Of a stretch of DNA of 58,011 nucleotides, positions 53,388 through 58,011 are shown piece by piece. The stretch comes from Candidatus Dojkabacteria bacterium (GTDB lineage: Bacteria; Patescibacteriota; Dojkabacteria; SC72; WJKH01), in contig WJKH01000021.1 in assembly GCA_014729235.1 (NCBI GenBank), positions 1 to 58,011 of the forward strand, in the 5' to 3' direction. The notes under the pieces were generated by a model, which saw only the letters and a program-made list of their open reading frames with translations, was not told the origin of the DNA and made no database searches. The translations under genes and the position numbers were made by a program. Positions within the stretch are counted from its first letter, which is position 1; the number at the start of each line of letters is the position of its first letter.

Positions 53388-55544
53388 CTATAACTCTTTG
53401 GACAGCACGTCTAACCACTCATCGTAAGTATCAAGAGGAGAGGGAGCATCATTGACCTCCAGAACTCCATCTTTATACGAAACTATTTTATTGCGATCAA
53501 GCTCAAATTCAATTGAGAGAGCTTCCCCGTTGTGGTTGATAGTTACAATATACTTCTCATCGCGCTTGCCTGGATGCTTCTCAACAAACATTTGATAGCC
53601 TTCATCATCAGTGTACCTGATGGTTTCCGGCAACTCGTATTGAATATTTAAGTCATGCCTTTTCACCGGAGAAGTTTCATATAGTCTACGATGATCAAAC
53701 CAAATCACATTATCATAAACTTCTTTGTCAATCGATTTATCATAATATGAGACTGGTGTGTAAAAATTATAACTCTTAACAAAACCGTCACTTGAAATAT
53801 ATTGAGTCCCGGGAGGAGCCATAACGCGAACCCAGGCACGATATCTAAAATTCGAAGTCCCTGACAAAATCTCTTCTTCTGCAGGATCGTAAAACTTCTC
53901 ATTAACCCATTCAACATTCAAGTCTTTTGTAATTGAGCCATCTTCAGCGATATTTATCGTCTGAGTAACTGTGTCATAAATGTAAACATTTGCCTTTAGA
54001 GCACAATTCTGAGCCTCATTCAAATGAAAATAATCACCTTCAAAATCCTTTTCTACACGACCGGCAAGCCCCATTTCATCAAAATACTTCATCTCGCTTG
54101 GATTCTTTGAGTAGAAAACCAAATTTTTCTCAAGAATTGTCTCAATCATAGTCTTTCCAAACTCGGGAAATTCACTCGAAGGCAATTCCGTAAATTTTTG
54201 CTTGGCAACAGTCGCAACTTCACCAATGGCATATTTTCTACTTGGATCTGTATTACCTTTTCTGATGCTTGTTCTGGAAAAAATTTCCATAGCCATATTA
54301 TCCTCAGTAATTACCTGGCCATTAACTAGCTCCACTGGCTCCACAAGAGAAATCATATCACTCGCAAAAAAAGTATTCATTGAGACTATATAGTCATAGC
54401 CAGGGAATTTACCAGGATTATAGCGATTTGCAATATCATAGTAATCCTTAAACATATCAAGAGTCAGATGTACATCAGGAGAAACTCCGGCATCCTGTGC
54501 ACGAAGCTCATGCCCTCCACAGCCCTCGAGCATTAATTGGAGCTGGCCGTATTCGTTGTGATAGCCGGGCATGCTGCCAATACTCCATAAATAAAGCTGC
54601 AAATCCCACATATCCACAGATTTGATCTCTCCAACAAGCTCACCTTTATCTATCGTTACAGTTGCAAATGCAGACAATAACCCGCCAGAAGCTCGAAGCT
54701 CCTTTTCATTCTGAAAAACAATCAAGTAAGTAGTCGGATGGTTTGCACCGAGCAAGTCAGGCAGGACCTCAAATGATTTCTTAAGCTCATCAGAAATTTG
54801 ATTAAAATCATTTTCGAAATCTTTAGCCAAGAAAGCCTTTTCCTTAAGATTTCCGGGTAAGTTTTCCGGAATATACTCAGTATCGATTTTATCCAAAGTG
54901 TGTATTAAATCCAGAACGTCAGGTTCCAGGTCTTCATAAATCTGCCCAATCTCAGGAAGTGATGCAAATAATGCCTGCATTTTAAGATCTTCGGAATTTT
55001 CGTCTTGAGTATCATCAACTTTATATTCTAATGATTCCAGAACAGTTTTAAGCTCCGGCGTAGCTTTATTAATTAGATCACCTGCTTTTCCTGTAAATTC
55101 ATCAAGAACCTGCAAATTATCGAAATAACCTTTAGCACCGGGAATTATCTTTAAGAATCGATAGCGGCGAAGATTTCCTGAAATTGAAGCTAAATCCTTT
55201 TCAATATTGTTCAATCGTTTATCAAGTTTACTAATATCTTTGTTGGCAACATCTTCAGAGATTAATGCAACTTGGTGCTGAATTGAATTGGCTCTAGCCC
55301 GTATAAGAAATAATGGGGAAACAAAATAATAGATCAAAAATAGCAAGGTAAAAATAATCCCGCCAAATATAGCGAGTTTCCTCTTTCTCTTGGGAGACAA
55401 ATTTTTGATATTGGTTGAAATTGAAGAAAAAATCTGTTTGAGGTTCTTTTTAGGTTTCTTCTTTTTACTCTCGAAATCTTCAATTTTAAAATTGTCAATA
55501 TCAGCTTCTGCAGGACTAGAATCCTTGACATTAAGGCTTTTCAT
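53388..55544 (-). CDS. DUF4012-like membrane-anchored protein
   Basis: A 718-aa ORF with an N-terminal TM helix. NEKELRASGGLLSAFATVTIDKGEL resembles the DUF4012 ELRPTGG core. Confidence 0.6.
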   Translation of the reverse strand: MKSLNVKDSSPAEADIDNFKIEDFESKKKKPKKNLKQIFSSISTNIKNLSPKRKRKLAIFGGIIFTLLFLIYYFVSPLFLIRARANSIQHQVALISEDVANKDISKLDKRLNNIEKDLASISGNLRRYRFLKIIPGAKGYFDNLQVLDEFTGKAGDLINKATPELKTVLESLEYKVDDTQDENSEDLKMQALFASLPEIGQIYEDLEPDVLDLIHTLDKIDTEYIPENLPGNLKEKAFLAKDFENDFNQISDELKKSFEVLPDLLGANHPTTYLIVFQNEKELRASGGLLSAFATVTIDKGELVGEIKSVDMWDLQLYLWSIGSMPGYHNEYGQLQLMLEGCGGHELRAQDAGVSPDVHLTLDMFKDYYDIANRYNPGKFPGYDYIVSMNTFFASDMISLVEPVELVNGQVITEDNMAMEIFSRTSIRKGNTDPSRKYAIGEVATVAKQKFTELPSSEFPEFGKTMIETILEKNLVFYSKNPSEMKYFDEMGLAGRVEKDFEGDYFHLNEAQNCALKANVYIYDTVTQTINIAEDGSITKDLNVEWVNEKFYDPAEEEILSGTSNFRYRAWVRVMAPPGTQYISSDGFVKSYNFYTPVSYYDKSIDKEVYDNVIWFDHRRLYETSPVKRHDLNIQYELPETIRYTDDEGYQMFVEKHPGKRDEKYIVTINHNGEALSIEFELDRNKIVSYKDGVLEVNDAPSPLDTYDEWLDVLSKEL

Positions 55545-55769
55545 GGCAGTCTTCTTTCTTAATTCAAATTAATATTATTAATATAAGGTATTCGAAATTC
55601 AAAAGTTATTGCTCTATTGATTTTTGAATTTTGTAACTCATATTATTTTATAACTGTAAACACTAAAACTCAATCTTACAAGATTGACAACAAAATTTCA
55701 AACTATTAAAGTGTTGCAATTTTATTACAGTAAGTGTAGAATATTGCCATAAGTTAACAACGCTACGCT

Positions 55770-56441
55770 ATGAACTGGTCAATATTCGATATAGTTGGAC
55801 CGGTAATGATTGGTCCCTCAAGCTCTCACACTTCCGGAGCTGTACGCTTAGGTCTCTTTGCCCGGTATTTAATTGGTGGCCTCCCCACAAAAGCCGATAT
55901 CTATCTTCATGGGTCATATGCTCAAGTATATAAGGGACATGGAACAGATATAGCTCTCGTTGCAGGGCTGCTTGGACATAGTCCGGATGACGAAAATGCA
56001 ATCAATTCACTTGAAGAAGCAAAAAAATTAAAACTACAGTACTCATTTCATTTAACTGACCTGGGAGCTGATTATCATCCCAATACAGCAAAATTTGAAT
56101 TAAGGCGAGATGATGAGAAATTAGAGGTGATAGGGGAATCTATCGGAGCTGGAAATATTCAAATAGTAGAAATAAACAAGATTAGGACTAATTGTATCGA
56201 CGGAAAATATCGCGCGATTATCGTTTCACAATTGGATAAACCTGGAATTATAGCAAGCGTCTCGGATATTCTGAGCACTAAGAAAATCAATATCGCACAA
56301 ATGACAGTTTCACGAAATGGGAGAGGGAAAGAAGCATTATCAGTCCTAAATATTGATAACGGAGTATCTCAGGAAATAATGGAAGCTATAGAAAGAGTTC
56401 CCGCCGTAAATTGGGCTAAACTGCTGCCAAAATTGACTTAA
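55770..56441 (+). CDS. sdaAB: L-serine dehydratase, iron-sulfur type, beta subunit
   Basis: A 223-aa ORF with FDIVGPVMIGPSSSHTSGAVRLG and a C-terminal ACT-like domain. Confidence 0.9.
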   Translation: MNWSIFDIVGPVMIGPSSSHTSGAVRLGLFARYLIGGLPTKADIYLHGSYAQVYKGHGTDIALVAGLLGHSPDDENAINSLEEAKKLKLQYSFHLTDLGADYHPNTAKFELRRDDEKLEVIGESIGAGNIQIVEINKIRTNCIDGKYRAIIVSQLDKPGIIASVSDILSTKKINIAQMTVSRNGRGKEALSVLNIDNGVSQEIMEAIERVPAVNWAKLLPKLT

Positions 56442-56453
56442 AACTCAAGAGCA

Positions 56454-57362
56454 ATGGAATACACAGAATTTAAATCTGCCTCGGAGCTTATAAAGATTTG
56501 TAAAGAGAAGAGGAAGGGGGTAGGTAAAATCGTTATTTCAAACAGTGCCAGTGATCTTGATACTACACAGAAAGAACTTAAAGCTGAAATGAAGAGCCGG
56601 ATAACAATTATTCGAGAATCAATCCAGAAAGGACTTAAGATTTCAAAACGATCAAAAAGCGGGCTTTCCGGAGGCGATGCGAAAAAAATTGACTCCTACG
56701 CTAAGAAAAGCTATACAAAAGTCAGTAAAACCAATCCGCTTCTTGGAAAGACGCTGCTAAAAGCCATCAAATATTCCTTTGCCATTATGGAACAAAACGC
56801 TCGCTTTGGGCGAATTGTAGCACTTCCTACAGCAGGATCCGCAGGTACCGTACCGGGGGCGCTATTTGCTGCTGCAGATGACCTAAAGCTCTCAGACAGT
56901 AAATTAATTGATTCAATGTTTGTAGCCGGAGGCATCGGCATGATTACAGGTGAAAATGCCATGCTGGCAGGAGCTACAGGCGGATGTCAAGCAGAAGTAG
57001 GAACTGCAAGCGCGATGGCGGCCGGAGCCTTAACTTCAATGAGAGGCGGCAGCCCAAAACAGATTTTTGATGCTGCAGCGATTGCTTTAAAAGGTTTGCT
57101 TGGACTTGTATGTGATCCGATTGCAGGCTTAGTTGAATGTCCTTGCGTCAAGCGTAATTCAACCGCTATCTCAAACAGTTACATGGCTTCAGAGCTTGTT
57201 TTGGCCGGGGTTGAAAGTAACGTGAATTTTGACGAGGTTCTTGTTGCCATGAATAATGTTGCAAAATTGATGGCTCCTGAATTGAAGGAGACTGCCAGGG
57301 GGGGGTTAGCTATTTCTCAAACCGGGAAAGAGGTTGCAGAGCGGTTAGGTATTGGTAATTGA
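56454..57362 (+). CDS. sdaAA: L-serine dehydratase, iron-sulfur type, alpha subunit
   Basis: A 302-aa ORF with LPTAGSAGTVPGAL, GGCQAEVGTASAMAA and LVCDPIAGLVECPCVKRN. Confidence 0.9.
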   Translation: MEYTEFKSASELIKICKEKRKGVGKIVISNSASDLDTTQKELKAEMKSRITIIRESIQKGLKISKRSKSGLSGGDAKKIDSYAKKSYTKVSKTNPLLGKTLLKAIKYSFAIMEQNARFGRIVALPTAGSAGTVPGALFAAADDLKLSDSKLIDSMFVAGGIGMITGENAMLAGATGGCQAEVGTASAMAAGALTSMRGGSPKQIFDAAAIALKGLLGLVCDPIAGLVECPCVKRNSTAISNSYMASELVLAGVESNVNFDEVLVAMNNVAKLMAPELKETARGGLAISQTGKEVAERLGIGN

Positions 57363-57455
57363 TGTTTCGAAGGTCACATTTCAGATATGTTGTAATCTAT
57401 TCTCAACATAGATAGAGGTCTTTGCTCACCTCGGCGAAATTTGTATTTCAAGGTA

Positions 57456-57527
57456 TTGCGGGACCTGGAGTCGAACCAAGATTCACGGCTTCAAAGGCCG
57501 GTGTCCTACCAATTAGACGATCCCGCA
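57456..57527 (-). tRNA. tRNA-Gln(UUG)
   Basis: The reverse complement reads UGCGGGA-UC-GUCU AAUUGGUA GGAC-A-CCGGC CUUUGAA GCCGU-GAAUC-UUGGU UCGACUC CAGGU?-CCCGCA-A. The overall fold and anticodon loop CUUUGAA give UUG. No CCA is encoded. Confidence 0.8.
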
Positions 57528-57809
57528 AAGGCAATCGATTTATGATATTACAAACAGGATTATATCAAAATTGCCACAGCATTTAAATATCTGATAATTT
57601 TTGCTTAATAGTTACACCAAATCTCAAAGGAAGAAACTAGTACTTTATGCTTTGAAAAAGTACCATCAACTAAATCTGTGCTGATGTGCTGTAAATGCCG
57701 GGAAAAACTTGATCAACAGGCTAGATTTGATATCAAAATCATTATATCCCGGGGCATTGTGACGACAAGTTCGTCACCACATTTTCGCACTTAGGGCTTG
57801 TAATGACGC

Positions 57810-57850
57810 ACCCCGCAGCAAGCTACGGGGTATCTCTTTTTTTATTTTTA
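57810..57850 (+). terminator. intrinsic terminator-like hairpin followed by a T-tract
   Basis: ACCCCG (57810-57815), a 10-nt loop, CGGGGT (57826-57831), then ATCTCTTTTTTTATTTTT. Confidence 0.5.
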
Positions 57851-57946
57851 AGGGTGCTTTCAAATAGTGTCATGACAAGTCCTTGTTAAACTAAACCACC
57901 AGTTAAGATAAAATACTGGATAAATAATTTGTAAGGTTTAGTTAAA

Positions 57947-58011
57947 ATGGCAGCACGAAGAAAGTACAGCCCCAAAATGAAGGCAAACATAGTCTTCAAA
58001 GCAATACGCAG
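57947..58011 (+). CDS. 5' end of an IS3-type transposase orfA (HTH_Tnp_1/Transposase_8-like), cut by window edge
   Basis: The ATG at 57947 translates to MAARRKYSPKMKANIVFKAIR..., the typical M..RRK(Y/F)S.E/KxK..(V/I) N-terminus of IS3-family OrfA. It is not in the ORF track because it is truncated. Confidence 0.5.
   Translation, partial: MAARRKYSPKMKANIVFKAIR

Noticed and set aside
1-58011. Diversity-generating retroelement, retron or group II intron
   Set aside because: No ORF contains reverse-transcriptase motifs (YxDD context), and I found no template/variable repeat pair at gene 3' ends.

Overview
This is a 58-kb window from a low-GC, gene-dense bacterial chromosome. Housekeeping content includes gatC/gatB (with gatA 14 kb away), rplS, gpmI, mnmA, a helD-like helicase, lgt, typA, rnhB, yraN, dnaE, uvrC, dus, queH, an Elp3-like enzyme and sdaAB/sdaAA. 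There are also many secreted or membrane-anchored hypothetical proteins: an LPXTG protein, DUF4012, a transglutaminase-like protein and a 1150-aa Cys-rich protein. Together with weak or absent Shine-Dalgarno signals, this suggests a reduced-genome Patescibacteria/CPR-like organism, which is inference only. The genetic code is standard, since TGA terminates dnaE, uvrC and lgt. I call about 50 CDS and 8 tRNAs: Glu (partial), Leu-UAG, Thr-CGU, Gly-UCC, Lys-UUU, Gly-CCC and Gln-UUG. I also call one IS256-type remnant fused to a truncated maf, a partial IS3-type orfA at the right edge, several repeats and a few promoters. No rRNA, CRISPR array or reverse transcriptase was seen. The most interesting region is the accessory stretch at 22.3-31.2 kb, between typA and tRNA-Lys. 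It holds a 555-aa protein with several HTH-like modules, a VirD4/TraG-like protein with a degenerate P-loop, and the IS256/maf scar. It also holds a tightly coupled three-gene operon: a type IIG restriction-modification fusion enzyme with a roughly 130-aa insert in its methyltransferase domain, a 2-TM protein and a small acidic protein. This operon is my best candidate for an undescribed defence-type system. The second point of interest is that both tRNA-Gly genes are followed by related purine-rich trailer elements of about 220-260 nt, each ending in a copy of the tRNA's own 3' end. All calls rest on reading the sequence and the ORF track by eye. No searches or computations were run, and RNA ends are accurate to about +/-2 nt.
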